Assembly (NCBI GenBank): GCA_963783575.1 | Contig: CAWAOD010000005.1 | Coordinates: 416,001-480,000 of the forward strand | DNA length: 64,000 bases | Direction: 5' to 3' | Origin: an uncultured Spirochaetota bacterium | GTDB lineage: Bacteria; Spirochaetota; Brevinematia; Brevinematales; JAOACQ01 | In this document: positions 20,356-31,542 of the stretch, piece after piece | How positions within the stretch are numbered: position 1 is the stretch's first letter | How the letters are laid out: every line of letters starts with the position of its first letter | Notes under the pieces: model-generated | The model's database searches: none | Seen by the model: the letters and a program-made list of their open reading frames with translations, nothing else | What the model was told of the DNA's origin: nothing | Position numbers and translations under genes: made by a program

Positions 20356-22425
20356 TCAGCTTAAACTTATAATACCTACCTGGTCAAGCGAATAGTTTGT
20401 TGGAATTTCAGAATAGGATAAAACGCCGATCGTAGGGAAAGAACGCTCTATCAATTCTCTAACAAGTCTCCTGACTTTTTGTGAGGAAAGTATAACAGGC
20501 TGTATCCCTGATTTTACCGCATTTTCAATTACGGTAGTTGCCTTTTTCACGAACTGATTAACGAGTTCGGGATCCAGAGTTGAAATCAACCCCTGCTGTG
20601 TTTCCTGTATAGACTCATTGAAAATTTGTTCAAGATCGGGGTCAATTATAATAGCTTTAAGAGTATTGTTTTCATCGGAATAGTTTGAAACTATCTGCTT
20701 TCCGAAAGCCTGCCGGACATATTCAGTGATCATATCGATATTTTTAATGCTTCCCGCATAATCCGAGATTGTTTCAAGTATGGTAAGCATATTTCTTATC
20801 TTTACACCTTCCCTTAGGAGGTTTTGCAGAACTTTCTGAATTTCACCAATATTCGAATGCTTCATTGTTTCTTCAACAATGACAGGGTATTCCTTCTGAA
20901 TGGCATCCGGCATGGATTTCACATCCTGCCTTGTCAAAAGCTCGGCGGCGTTCTTTTTTATGACTTCGGTAATGTGCGTTGCAATAACGGATGGAGGATC
21001 GAAAATATCAAAACCAAGCGATTCTGCTTTTGCCCTTTCTTCATTTGAAATCCATTTCGCGTCAAGCCCAAAAGCCGGTTCTTTTATCTCAATCCCGTCG
21101 ATTGATTTTAAATCCAGTTTCGGGTTCATTGCCATAAACCTGTTAACATAAATCTTGCCTCTCGCAATCTCAGAACCTCTTAGTTTAATAATATACTCGG
21201 ATGCGTCGATCCCAACATTATCTATAATCCTTATCGGCGGAACAAGGATCCCCAGATCAAGCCCGATTCTTCTCCTTATCAATTTAATCCTGTCAAGCAA
21301 ATCTCCGCCCTGTTCTTTATCAACCAGCGGGATCAGGTTATAACCGATTTCAAGGTTCATAGGGTCAATTCTAACAATATCGTCGATGGTGGTAGTCTGT
21401 TCACCGGCCTGCTTTCCTTTTGCCTCCGCCTGCTTCTGTTCAACATTTTCCTTAGCCGAGATCGACATCATATAACCGACAGCCAGAAGAAGCCCGCCGA
21501 TAATGAAATTAGTCAGGAATGGAAAGCCGGGCAGGAAGCCCATCAAAGCAACTGTGCCTCCGGAAATATAAAGAACTTTTGGATTGGCTCCAACCTGTGT
21601 AACAACGTCCCTGCCGAATTTTTCACGGGAAGCCGTTCTTGTAACGATGATGCCTGTCGCTGTAGCAACAAGAAGCGAAGGTATCTGGGACACAAGGCCG
21701 TCGCCTATTGTCAAAAGGGTATATGTACCGGCGGCTTCGGCAAGCCCTTCGCCACGGACTGCAACACCTGTAATCAACCCTACGATAATATTCACAACCG
21801 TAATAACAAGAGCAACCTTAACGTTACCCGAAACAAACTTGGATGAACCATCCATATTTCCATAGAAGTCTGCTTCAAGCCGAAGTTCATCCCTGCGTCT
21901 TCTTGCTTCGTCTTCGTTTATGAGCCCGGCGTTAAGGTCTTCATTAATGGAAAGCTGTTTTCCGGGCAAAGCGTCCAGGGTAAAGCGGGCGGCCACTTCG
22001 GAAACGCGCGAAGCACCTTTTGTAATGACCAAAAACTGTATTGCGAGTAGAATTATGAATATTGTTATTCCGACTATATAATTCTTACCGACAACAAATT
22101 CACCAAAAGCCCTTATGACTTTGCCGTCAAAGCCTGCGCCAAGGGTAAGAATAAGCCTTGTTGAGGAAACATTGAGTCCGAGCCCGAAGATTGTTGTGAG
22201 AAGGATAAGAGAAGGAAAGGCGGAGAATTCGGCCGGTTTTTTTACATACATCGTGCTGAGCGCAATCATTATCGAAATTGCCAGATTCGTTACTAAAAGG
22301 ATATCCAGAACAAATGTCGGTATCGGTATGATTAGCATCAAAACAACGATAATCAAGGATATTGCGACAAAAATATCAACATTATCCTTCAGTTTAATAA
22401 AAGCAACGTTTTGATTTGACGCCAT
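20356..22425 (-). CDS. flhA: Flagellar export protein FlhA
   Basis: RVSEVAARFTLDALPGKQ, FYGNMDG, TIGDGLVSQIP. Confidence 0.96.
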   Translation of the reverse strand: MASNQNVAFIKLKDNVDIFVAISLIIVVLMLIIPIPTFVLDILLVTNLAISIMIALSTMYVKKPAEFSAFPSLILLTTIFGLGLNVSSTRLILTLGAGFDGKVIRAFGEFVVGKNYIVGITIFIILLAIQFLVITKGASRVSEVAARFTLDALPGKQLSINEDLNAGLINEDEARRRRDELRLEADFYGNMDGSSKFVSGNVKVALVITVVNIIVGLITGVAVRGEGLAEAAGTYTLLTIGDGLVSQIPSLLVATATGIIVTRTASREKFGRDVVTQVGANPKVLYISGGTVALMGFLPGFPFLTNFIIGGLLLAVGYMMSISAKENVEQKQAEAKGKQAGEQTTTIDDIVRIDPMNLEIGYNLIPLVDKEQGGDLLDRIKLIRRRIGLDLGILVPPIRIIDNVGIDASEYIIKLRGSEIARGKIYVNRFMAMNPKLDLKSIDGIEIKEPAFGLDAKWISNEERAKAESLGFDIFDPPSVIATHITEVIKKNAAELLTRQDVKSMPDAIQKEYPVIVEETMKHSNIGEIQKVLQNLLREGVKIRNMLTILETISDYAGSIKNIDMITEYVRQAFGKQIVSNYSDENNTLKAIIIDPDLEQIFNESIQETQQGLISTLDPELVNQFVKKATTVIENAVKSGIQPVILSSQKVRRLVRELIERSFPTIGVLSYSEIPTNYSLDQVGIISLS

Positions 22426-22537
22426 ATTTCCTCCCGTATTAGTCGCTAGTCTATAGCCGTTAGTTATTAGTCACTGGCTCATTAAAGACGGCTGTTTATT
22501 CTTGCTAGCGACTAACAGCTAGCAACTAGAGACTATT

Positions 22538-23710
22538 TCACGCCGCAACGCTTCCTTTCACCTGGTATACAAGCGATAATATCTTTGCTACTGTGATGAA
22601 AAGTTCCGGCGGAATTTCCTGCCCGACTTCTACTTTTTTATAAATTTCCCTGGCAAGGGGTTTGTTTTCAATTATCATTACATTACTTTCCTTGGCGACT
22701 TCCTTAATCCTTTGAGCGAACGTACCTTCGCCTTTTGCTATAACTACCGGCGCGTTCATATAACTCGGTTCATATTTTAAAGCGACAGCAATATGTGTCG
22801 GGTTTGTAATAACAACATCGGCGTTAGGAACTTCCTGAATCATCTTTCGTGACAGGAGCCTGCGTTCCATTTCTCTAATTTTCGCTTTAATCTCAGGGTC
22901 GCCTTCCATTTCTTTGAATTCCTGCCTTATTTCCTGTTTGGACATCTTCAGGGATTCCATATAAATCCATCTCTGGAACACGTAATCAGCTACCGCGAAA
23001 ATCAAAAGTAAGATACCCGAGAAATTTACAAATTGGAATATGACATTCCAGATCAGCACAAATGATTCCAGAAGTCCCATCCTGGAAATTCTTATCATTT
23101 CCGAAAGCCTTTCGTTTAAAATCACAAAAGCGATCGCAAATACTCCCACAACTTTCAGGATTGACTTAAAGAGATTAAATATAGTTTCTCTTGACCAGAA
23201 CATCTTTCCAAAGTTGGTTATCATGTTGGAGAATATTTTTCCGAAATTGAGGCTGATTCTCTTTGCAGTAAATACAAAACCGCCCTGTATGACATTCCCA
23301 AGGATCGCCGATATAACAGCGACAGCCATAATAGGGAGCAGGCATCCCGCCGATAGCGTTATCATCTCAATAAAAAAAGGCATTATGCTACTTCTTGATA
23401 CTTTTATTGTCAGCATATTTTCAAAATAGTAACGCATTATAGTCTGGAACGAATTGAATATAAAGCCGCCGAGCAATGATACTGTCCAGAATGTAAATAA
23501 AAAAACTATGATAGCTGTTAATTCCTGGGATTTAGGAAGGTTCCCCTCCTCACGGGCTTTTTTCTTCTTATACTCGGTCGGCTCTTCGGTCCTTCCCTCA
23601 TCTTCAGCCGCGAATAACTGCAAATCGAACCGGAAGTCCAAAATATAATTTTTACTAATTATATTGCCGTAACTTTGATAAATCAATTCGATTTTTTCCG
23701 GAAAATCCAT
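22538..23710 (-). CDS. flhB: Flagellar export protein FlhB
   Basis: TEEPT..KKKKAREEG, EGDP, NPTH autocleavage site. Confidence 0.96.
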   Translation of the reverse strand: MDFPEKIELIYQSYGNIISKNYILDFRFDLQLFAAEDEGRTEEPTEYKKKKAREEGNLPKSQELTAIIVFLFTFWTVSLLGGFIFNSFQTIMRYYFENMLTIKVSRSSIMPFFIEMITLSAGCLLPIMAVAVISAILGNVIQGGFVFTAKRISLNFGKIFSNMITNFGKMFWSRETIFNLFKSILKVVGVFAIAFVILNERLSEMIRISRMGLLESFVLIWNVIFQFVNFSGILLLIFAVADYVFQRWIYMESLKMSKQEIRQEFKEMEGDPEIKAKIREMERRLLSRKMIQEVPNADVVITNPTHIAVALKYEPSYMNAPVVIAKGEGTFAQRIKEVAKESNVMIIENKPLAREIYKKVEVGQEIPPELFITVAKILSLVYQVKGSVAA

Positions 23711-23729
23711 AATATTTCCTTAATTTCCC

Positions 23730-24512
23730 TTAACTGGGTTTCATAATACGGATCCAATCCGATGTGTTCTGGAGTAAGTGCCGCATCACGGAATCCCCAA
23801 GATCCACAACAGACGGTAATATAAGCCATAGAATTACAAATCCTATTACAAGCTTAAGGTTGAATCCCATAATCATAACATTGAACTGCGGTGCCACCCT
23901 TGAAATGATCCCCATGGCAATGTCCATCAAAATAGTTACCCCTATGATAGGCAGAGAAATCTTCAGGCTTATATCAAACATCGCGACCAGGGATGAAATA
24001 AAGCCTTTAACAATAGAGCCTGCTATATTGAATGTTAAAATATCAACCGATTTAAAACTGTCTATAATTAACTGAATCAAATAGAATTGCCCATCAATCC
24101 TTAATAATAATAGAAGGATTAAAATGCCGAGAACATTGCCGATCGCCGGCACCTGGGTATCTGAAATCGGGTCGAAAACTTCATTCATTCCCAGCCCCAT
24201 CTGGATGCTGAATATCTGTGCGGAAACCTGAAAAGCAGAAACGATAATAAATACAAAAAAACCGACCCCCGTTCCGAAAACAAAGTTTGATACCAGTTTT
24301 ACGCCGAAATCATTCAAATCCACAGGCGGTTTCAAACCCATTCCTATTAGTATAGGTATCGATACGAGAGTGGAAAAAAAACCGAAGGCCATTTTAAAAC
24401 GGAAAGGCATAGCAACACCGGAATAAAATGGTGCAGTGATAAACATACCAAGAATTCTCATGAAAATTATTAAAAATAACTCAAAATATAAAACAAAATA
24501 CTCATAAAGCAT
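23730..24512 (-). CDS. fliR: Flagellar export protein FliR
   Basis: QMGLG...FDP, RVAPQFNV; gene order. Confidence 0.92.
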   Translation of the reverse strand: MLYEYFVLYFELFLIIFMRILGMFITAPFYSGVAMPFRFKMAFGFFSTLVSIPILIGMGLKPPVDLNDFGVKLVSNFVFGTGVGFFVFIIVSAFQVSAQIFSIQMGLGMNEVFDPISDTQVPAIGNVLGILILLLLLRIDGQFYLIQLIIDSFKSVDILTFNIAGSIVKGFISSLVAMFDISLKISLPIIGVTILMDIAMGIISRVAPQFNVMIMGFNLKLVIGFVILWLILPSVVDLGDSVMRHLLQNTSDWIRIMKPS

Positions 24513-24522
24513 TTTTTTATCC

Positions 24523-24792
24523 CTACATTTTTGCCTGACCGATCAGGTCAAACAAATTCTTTGTAAAATTAATAAGATGATTTGCCAAAAATGGGCCTAA
24601 AAAAACCATAAGCAATAATATCGCAATTAATTTGGGAACGAAGGTTAGAGTTTGTTCCTGAATGGAGGTGGTTGCCTGGAAAATGCTTATAATTAATCCG
24701 ATTACAAGTCCGACCCCCAATAAAGGAACGCTTAGAATTAAGATCTCATACATTGTTTGATTAAGAATTCCAAGAACCAATCCCTGACTCAT
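24523..24792 (-). CDS. fliQ: Flagellar export protein FliQ
   Basis: FQATTSIQEQTLTFVPK. Confidence 0.95.
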   Translation of the reverse strand: MSQGLVLGILNQTMYEILILSVPLLGVGLVIGLIISIFQATTSIQEQTLTFVPKLIAILLLMVFLGPFLANHLINFTKNLFDLIGQAKM

Positions 24793-24806
24793 AATTAAGA
24801 ACTCCT

Positions 24807-25580
24807 TTACATTCTGAAACTTAAAACGAGCTTCTCAACAAGAAGATCCCAGCCGTCTACAAGGAAGAATAAAAGGATCTTCAAAGGGAAGGATATCATG
24901 ATCGGGGGAAGCATCATCATTCCCATTGACATTAGGACGCTTGCCACAACTACGTCTATTACTGTAAACGGTATCAATATAATCATACCCATATAGAAAG
25001 ATATTGTTAATTCATTTAACATAAATGCCGGAATTAAAACATAAGTCGGTACATCATCCGGCCCTTTCGGCCTTTCAAGCTTTGCCATTTTAGTAAAACG
25101 GTAAATATATCTTTCTGCGGTTTGCCTGAACATAAACTCGCGTATAGGCTGGATGGCTTTTGTATACCCTTCGTTTATGGATATTTTTCCATCCAGATAC
25201 GGCCTTATGCCATTCTGATAGGATTTATTGAAAGTCGGAAACATTACGAAAAGACTGATAAAAAGGGAAAGGCTTACTATTATCTGGTTTGGAGGAATAT
25301 TCTGGGTCGCCAGGCCCCTGCTGACAAATGAAAATACGATATAAATCCTGACAAAACTTGTTAGTACAATTAATAGAGTGGGGGCAAGGGAAATTATGGT
25401 GATTAAAAAGAGTATCTGTAAAGACAGGGCGACCTGCCTCGGGGATTTTGCTTCCTGAATATTAAAATTAACGGAAGGTATAGGGATATTCCCGGAAATC
25501 TGCTGAGAATATACTGGAGCCGAAAACAAAAACAGTGAAAGAAATAAAGTTATCAACCGCAAGCCGCCCCATTTCTTCAC
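24807..25580 (-). CDS. fliP: Flagellar export protein FliP
   Basis: TSFVRI, PPNQ, MGMMMLPP, VDGW. Confidence 0.95.
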   Translation of the reverse strand: MKKWGGLRLITLFLSLFLFSAPVYSQQISGNIPIPSVNFNIQEAKSPRQVALSLQILFLITIISLAPTLLIVLTSFVRIYIVFSFVSRGLATQNIPPNQIIVSLSLFISLFVMFPTFNKSYQNGIRPYLDGKISINEGYTKAIQPIREFMFRQTAERYIYRFTKMAKLERPKGPDDVPTYVLIPAFMLNELTISFYMGMIILIPFTVIDVVVASVLMSMGMMMLPPIMISFPLKILLFFLVDGWDLLVEKLVLSFRM

Positions 25581-26049
25581 AAACGCCTCCCGAAAAACAA
25601 GAAATTTGGCACACCCTGTGCGTTTCTGTGCATAACCATGATTTTAGTAGAAATATTATTACTACTACTTTATATTATTACTTAATTAATTAAAAAATGC
25701 AAGACTTTTTGTAATTATTTTTATCCTTAATTCTTTATTTGCATCAAAAATTTGAAGTTATTATAACCTAAACCGAGTGATCCTTTAAATGGTTTTTATT
25801 TGATAACAACTTCAATATATTAGTCGGCCGGTTAGTTAGTCGGTCAGTCATATCAAAATAAAATATTGCTTAACTAAACGATAACCGGCTTTCGACTTAT
25901 TATACAAGGTCTTAGATATTGATGATTGAATAAATATTATGAAAACTATTCAATTTAGATGTAATTTATTAGTAAAGTATTTAAACAATTAATTGATTAA
26001 TTAAAATAAGATACTTAAAATAATAGTAAAGTATGAATGGAGGAAGCTT

Positions 26050-27234
26050 ATGAAGGGTGATGATATATCAAAAAGATTGAAATCATCGTTTTCGATATCA
26101 AGAGTCGGCCATATAAGCGAGTATGTCGAACCGGTCAGTTGTTATGATAGTCTCGATGAAGCGCGGAAATTATTTTTAAAGCAACCCGATTTAACTTCAA
26201 TGCCGGTTGAGAGGGAAGGCGGAGTTGTTGGATTATTAAGCCGTGAAACAGTCTTAAAAAAAGGCAGGTCGGCATGGGAGGCTTTAAAGGGCAATACTCT
26301 CGATAAATATATGGATATAAGTACGTTGATAATAGATGCACAGGAAAATTCCGAGAAAGCCCTGGACGAGGTTCTGTCCCAGGATATAGACTCAATATAT
26401 AATGATTTTTTAATCTATCATAACGGGAAATATTTTGGGATAGGAACCTTCCTGAAGTTAACCAAACACATTTCTACACTTCGCAATATGGACCTTGAAC
26501 TCGCAAAAAATATGCAGGAATTTCTTATGAACAAGCGTGAAATAAAAAGCTCTCTATTTTCAATTGAAAAATATGTAAAAATGGTACATGAACTGGGCGG
26601 TGATTTTTACCAGATCCTTGAAATAAATAAAGATCTATTTATGATAGCTTGCTTCGATGTAAGCGGTAAAGGAGTTGCTGCATCTCTTACTACAAGTATT
26701 ATCAGCGCTTTTTTTGCGACACTTGAAGTCGGAGGATATTTGAAAAATTTTGATCCACAAAGTCTTGTCGTACAAATGAATAACCTGATCATTGATCAAA
26801 CTCCTGCTGAAATATTTATTGCCGGCGCAATGCTGTTTATTGACTTAAAAAAGATGGAAATTCAGTCTTTCAATATGGGATATTCGCCTATTTATAACTT
26901 TTATTCTGAAAAGAGCGGTAAATTAATGTGCAAAATATTGAATCCGAATATTAAACCGATGGGTATCGATGATTTTCTCGATCTTGATAAATATATGAGA
27001 GTAACCCCTATTCAGGATAATATGAAAATTTTTATATATTCTGACGGTCTTACGGATGCAAGGAATAACGAAGGTGAAATGTACGGAGAGGATAATCTTA
27101 AGCAATTTTTGATAGCGAAAAGCAAGCTCAAAGCTAATGATTTAATAAAGGATCTTAATGAAGAAATAGTTAAATTTATAGGAAAAGCCCCGCAGGCCGA
27201 TGATATAACAGCCCTGGCAATACAATTTAAATAA
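26050..27234 (+). CDS. CBS-domain PP2C/SpoIIE (RsbU-like) phosphatase
   Basis: N-terminal CBS-like region; GGDFY, DVSGKG, SDGLTD, DDIT. Confidence 0.85.
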   Translation: MKGDDISKRLKSSFSISRVGHISEYVEPVSCYDSLDEARKLFLKQPDLTSMPVEREGGVVGLLSRETVLKKGRSAWEALKGNTLDKYMDISTLIIDAQENSEKALDEVLSQDIDSIYNDFLIYHNGKYFGIGTFLKLTKHISTLRNMDLELAKNMQEFLMNKREIKSSLFSIEKYVKMVHELGGDFYQILEINKDLFMIACFDVSGKGVAASLTTSIISAFFATLEVGGYLKNFDPQSLVVQMNNLIIDQTPAEIFIAGAMLFIDLKKMEIQSFNMGYSPIYNFYSEKSGKLMCKILNPNIKPMGIDDFLDLDKYMRVTPIQDNMKIFIYSDGLTDARNNEGEMYGEDNLKQFLIAKSKLKANDLIKDLNEEIVKFIGKAPQADDITALAIQFK

Positions 27235-27268
27235 CATTCATTTTTTCATTGAATCGCCGGTCTGAAAA

Positions 27269-29731
27269 CTACCTTTTATTGTCAGTTTCTGGATTTGAAG
27301 TTATAAAAGTAGAAACAACATTAACAATTTTATCAGGAACGGCTATTATTTTAATTACTTTTTTTCCTTCAAGAACTTTTTTGAGTTTTGGATTTTCCAG
27401 ACCTAATCTTTTCAATTCTTCAACTGAAGTACCACGCGGTATTTGAATGGTATCCCGAAGCTTTCCATTTTCCTGTATAGCAATTGAAATTTCCTCATCT
27501 TTTGTAAATTCTTCAATAAATTCAGGCCATTCTGACTTGAGTACAGACGGCTTTTCACCGATGATTTCCCACATTTCTTCGGTAATAAAAGGCGCGAAAG
27601 GGTGAAGAATTTTTATAAAGTCCTTTATTACTTCTTTGTTTAATTTTTCTTCTTTTTGAAGCGTGTTTACGAAAATCATCATCTGGCTTATGGCCGTATT
27701 GAATTCAAGGGCTTCAATCTTTTCGCTTACAATTTTTATAGTTTTATGCCGCAATCGGTTAACAACATCCGGTATGGGTAAATCAGCATCAATTTGCTTT
27801 TCGAGTAATTTCCATGCCTTCTCAAGAAATCTTTTCAATCCGATAATGCTCTGTGTGTTCCAGGGTTTATCTGCGGCCAGCGGCCCGAGGAACATCTCGT
27901 AAATTCTCAAAGTGTCCGCGCCGTATTCCCTGATAACATCATCCGGATTTACAACGTTTCCCCTTGATTTTGACATTTTCTCACCGTTTTCGCCGAGGAT
28001 CATTCCCTGGTTTTTAAGCGCCATGAATGGTTCAGGTGTATGAACGACATTTATGTCAAACAAAAATTTATGCCAGAACCTTGCATAAAGCAAGTGCAAA
28101 ACTGCATGTTCAGCCCCCCCGATATAAAGATCGACAGGTTCCCAGTATTTGATTTTATCATTGTCTGCAATCACTATATTGTTATTTGGATCCATAAAAC
28201 GTAGGTAGTACCAGCTGCTCCCGGCCCATTGAGGCATCGTATTTGTTTCCCTTTTTGCCTTGCCACCGCATATCGGGCAGACGGTGTTTACCCAGTCTTC
28301 AATAGCCGCCAGAGGAGATTCGGTTGTTCCTGTTGGCTTGTATGTTTTAACATCAGGCAGTTTAAGCGGCAAATCTTTTTCATCGAGCGCGACTACGCCG
28401 CATTTCTCACAATGTACAACCGGTATCGGTTCTCCCCAGTATCTCTGCCTTGAAAAAACCCAATCCCTAAACTTATAATTAACCGCTTTTTTACCCTTAC
28501 CGATTTTTTCGAGCCATCCGGTGATTTCTTTTTTAAATTCGGAGGTCTTTAGCCCGTCAAATTTTCCCGAATTGACCGCAAATCCTTCTTCTGTCTCCGC
28601 CTCTTTTAGTTCGTACATTTTTCCATCTTTGCTAACCACCTGGATTATTGGTATATTAAATTTTGTCGCAAACTCAAAATCCCTTGTATCATGAGCGGGC
28701 ACAGCCATTATTGCCCCTGTTCCATAACCGATAAGGACATAGTCGGATATCCAGATAGGAATTTTATTGTTATTAACCGGGTTGACGGCATATGACCCTG
28801 TAAAAACCCCAGTTTTTTCCTTATTCAATTCTGTCCGCTGTAAATCTGATTTTCTCGCTGTTTCTTCGATGTAGCCGTTAACCTGATTTTTTTGATCCGT
28901 CTTTGTGATCTTTCCCACCAATGGATGTTCCGGAGCCAGGACCATATATGTCGCGCCGAAAAGGGTATCAGGCCTTGTAGTATAAACCCGGATGGTATCA
29001 CCGGTTCCATCAACATAAAAATCAACCTCCGCCCCTTCGCTCTTGCCAATCCAGTTTTCCTGCATAAGCTTAATCGAATCACTCCAATCCAGCAGGTCAA
29101 GATCCTTGAGCAGTCTTTCAGCATAAGCGGTTATTTTTAATACCCACTGCCGGATTCTTTTTCTCTCAATCAAAGTACCGCATCGCTCGCAGCGGCCGTC
29201 CTTGACCTCTTCATTCGCAAGCCCGGTAAGGCAGCTTGGGCACCAGTTGATCGGCATATCACTTTCATAAGCGAGATCATGCTTAAAAAGCTGGATGAAA
29301 ATCCACTGAGTCCATTTATAATAACCGGGATCGCAGGTTGAAATTTCCCTGTCCCAATCATAGCTGAACCCTATCGTTTTGATCTGGTCCCGGAAACGGC
29401 CGATGTTTTTATAAGTGGCCTCGGCCGGGTGCGTTCCGGTTTGAATGGCGTAATTCTCGGCGGGAAGGCCGAAAGAATCGAACCCCATCGGGTGAAGAAC
29501 GTTGAAGCCTTTCATTTTTTTATATCTGGTGAATATGTCGGTAGCAGTGTAGCCTTCCGGATGGCCTACATGCAGACCGGAACCCGAAGGGTAGGGGAAC
29601 ATGTCCAGCACATAAAGCCTTTTATCTTCAGGTATCGAAGGGTCTTCGGTTACCCTAAACGTTTTATTTTTATCCCAGTACAAACGCCATTTTTTTTCAA
29701 TACTCTGAAAATCATAGGTTCTTTCCATCAC
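27269..29731 (-). CDS. leuS: Leucyl-tRNA synthetase
   Basis: MFPYPSG.GLHVGH, TTRPDT editing domain, KMSKS. Confidence 0.97.
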   Translation of the reverse strand: MMERTYDFQSIEKKWRLYWDKNKTFRVTEDPSIPEDKRLYVLDMFPYPSGSGLHVGHPEGYTATDIFTRYKKMKGFNVLHPMGFDSFGLPAENYAIQTGTHPAEATYKNIGRFRDQIKTIGFSYDWDREISTCDPGYYKWTQWIFIQLFKHDLAYESDMPINWCPSCLTGLANEEVKDGRCERCGTLIERKRIRQWVLKITAYAERLLKDLDLLDWSDSIKLMQENWIGKSEGAEVDFYVDGTGDTIRVYTTRPDTLFGATYMVLAPEHPLVGKITKTDQKNQVNGYIEETARKSDLQRTELNKEKTGVFTGSYAVNPVNNNKIPIWISDYVLIGYGTGAIMAVPAHDTRDFEFATKFNIPIIQVVSKDGKMYELKEAETEEGFAVNSGKFDGLKTSEFKKEITGWLEKIGKGKKAVNYKFRDWVFSRQRYWGEPIPVVHCEKCGVVALDEKDLPLKLPDVKTYKPTGTTESPLAAIEDWVNTVCPICGGKAKRETNTMPQWAGSSWYYLRFMDPNNNIVIADNDKIKYWEPVDLYIGGAEHAVLHLLYARFWHKFLFDINVVHTPEPFMALKNQGMILGENGEKMSKSRGNVVNPDDVIREYGADTLRIYEMFLGPLAADKPWNTQSIIGLKRFLEKAWKLLEKQIDADLPIPDVVNRLRHKTIKIVSEKIEALEFNTAISQMMIFVNTLQKEEKLNKEVIKDFIKILHPFAPFITEEMWEIIGEKPSVLKSEWPEFIEEFTKDEEISIAIQENGKLRDTIQIPRGTSVEELKRLGLENPKLKKVLEGKKVIKIIAVPDKIVNVVSTFITSNPETDNKR

Positions 29732-29984
29732 ATACCTCTCTAAAGTCCGGCAATAATTACTCTGATATTTTAAATCAGACTATTATTTTAATTTATTTTT
29801 GAAGATTATTCAAACATCATCTGCTTAAAAGTAAAATATTAATCTGGACTCGGAGAATTTAGATTCACAACCGAAATGGTTGTGTCTATTTATGGAAAAG
29901 GGAATGATGCATAAAAACAATTAGTTTGATCATTTCCCCTCAAATGGAGAGCTTGAGATCCGGTCATCCGGATAGCTGCAAAAA

Positions 29985-31534
29985 TTACTCAGTTATCACT
30001 GGTTTGACAACATTATTGGTTTGTTTGCTTTTTTTTAACAAAAGGGCCGGAAGAATTACGCTGAGAGTTATGATTGTAAGAACAATCATTGTGTCATTTA
30101 TTGCCTGAAGCCTGGCCTGTTTTGCCACTATACCAAAGATAATACTGAGAACTCCCGCCTGAGCTTCTGATGGATGTAATCCGCCCCGTACAAACATTTC
30201 CCCAAGCATTTTCAGAGCTCCATGCTGTTTGCATTATATGGAGTTACCTGCTGGGACAAATTGGCATAATTGATCGTATTCCTTTGCTGCAAAACACTTG
30301 TTATAATTGTAAGTCCAACTGCGGTACCGACCTGAATAACGGTTTGCATTAATGCGGAGGCATTTGACATCGATTCCTTTTGAAGTTTGCTTAACGCGGC
30401 TGTCTGGATAGGTATAATCAGGAATCCAAAACCAAGCCCCCTTACTAATAAAAGCATTGTAACTGTTGAGTTTGAAGTATCAAAGGTCAGTGTGGACATA
30501 TTCCAGCTGTTAAATGCAAGAAGAAGTAAGGCAAGCACTGTAAGTATTCTTGTGTCAATTTTAGCGTTGAGACGGGAGGCTATTACCATAGAAACAGCAC
30601 TTGCGATCGCTTCGGGAAATAGCACAAGTCCAGCTTGGAAAGGTGTCAAGCCTTTCAATTGCTGGAGGAATACAGGCACTAGAAATATTCCGCCGAATAG
30701 CCCCATAACTGCGATAATCATTATTATATTGCCCATACTGAAATTGTAATCTTTAAATAGCCTCAGGTCCAGCATGGGTTCTTCTGTTCTTAACTCATGT
30801 ATGATAAAAACAAGCAGACTGAGACAACCGGTAACCATTAATATTAAATTTTGCATGTCTCCCCAATCCACATCGCCTTTTCCCAACACATAAAGCACGC
30901 ATCCCAACCCGATACCTGATGTCAGAAAACCTTGAAGATCAAAATACTGCGCGGGTTTATATTCAGATTCCTTTAAAAACAGGAAGGATAAAAAGATTCC
31001 CAGTACTCCAATGGGAATATTGATGAAAAAAATCAGCCTCCAGTCGAAATTCTCAATCAGATATCCTCCTAATGTCGGCCCGATAGCGGGAGCGAATAGA
31101 TTACCGATTCCCATAACCGCAAAAACAATTCCCCTTTCACTTTCCTCGAATGTTGTGAGCAGCAGCGTCATACCCACCGGTATCAGCATTCCTCCGCCAA
31201 GGCCCTGGATAATCCTTGCCGAAACAATTGACATAGTATTCCAGGCAAAACCGCATAATAAAGAACCTGATGTAAAAAGAATCAATGAAAAGATGAAAAT
31301 CATTTTCGAGCCGAATCTTCCTGATAGATAAGCTGTTGTTGCCATGACGATCCCGAGGGCCAGAGAATACGCGCTTAATACCCATTGTATCTGGTCAAAA
31401 CTGGCATTGAATGTTGACATCATCTTTGATATTGCCAGGTTGACAATACTTGAATCAAGTTTTACCATAAAAAACCCTATCGTGACGACTATCAAAGTCA
31501 GCCATTTCGATGGGCCTTTTTGTTTTTTTTCCAT
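29985..31534 (-). CDS. DHA2 (EmrB/QacA) MFS efflux transporter, 1-bp frameshift near 30215
   Basis: LDSSIVN, WRLIFFINIPIG motifs; last TM is in ORF 29985-30209 in another frame. Confidence 0.85.
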
Positions 31535-31542
31535 AATGACGT

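Noticed and set aside
30212..30214. Selenocysteine or stop readthrough at the TGA in the EmrB-like gene
   Set aside because: The downstream part is in a different frame, so this is a 1-bp frameshift, not readthrough.
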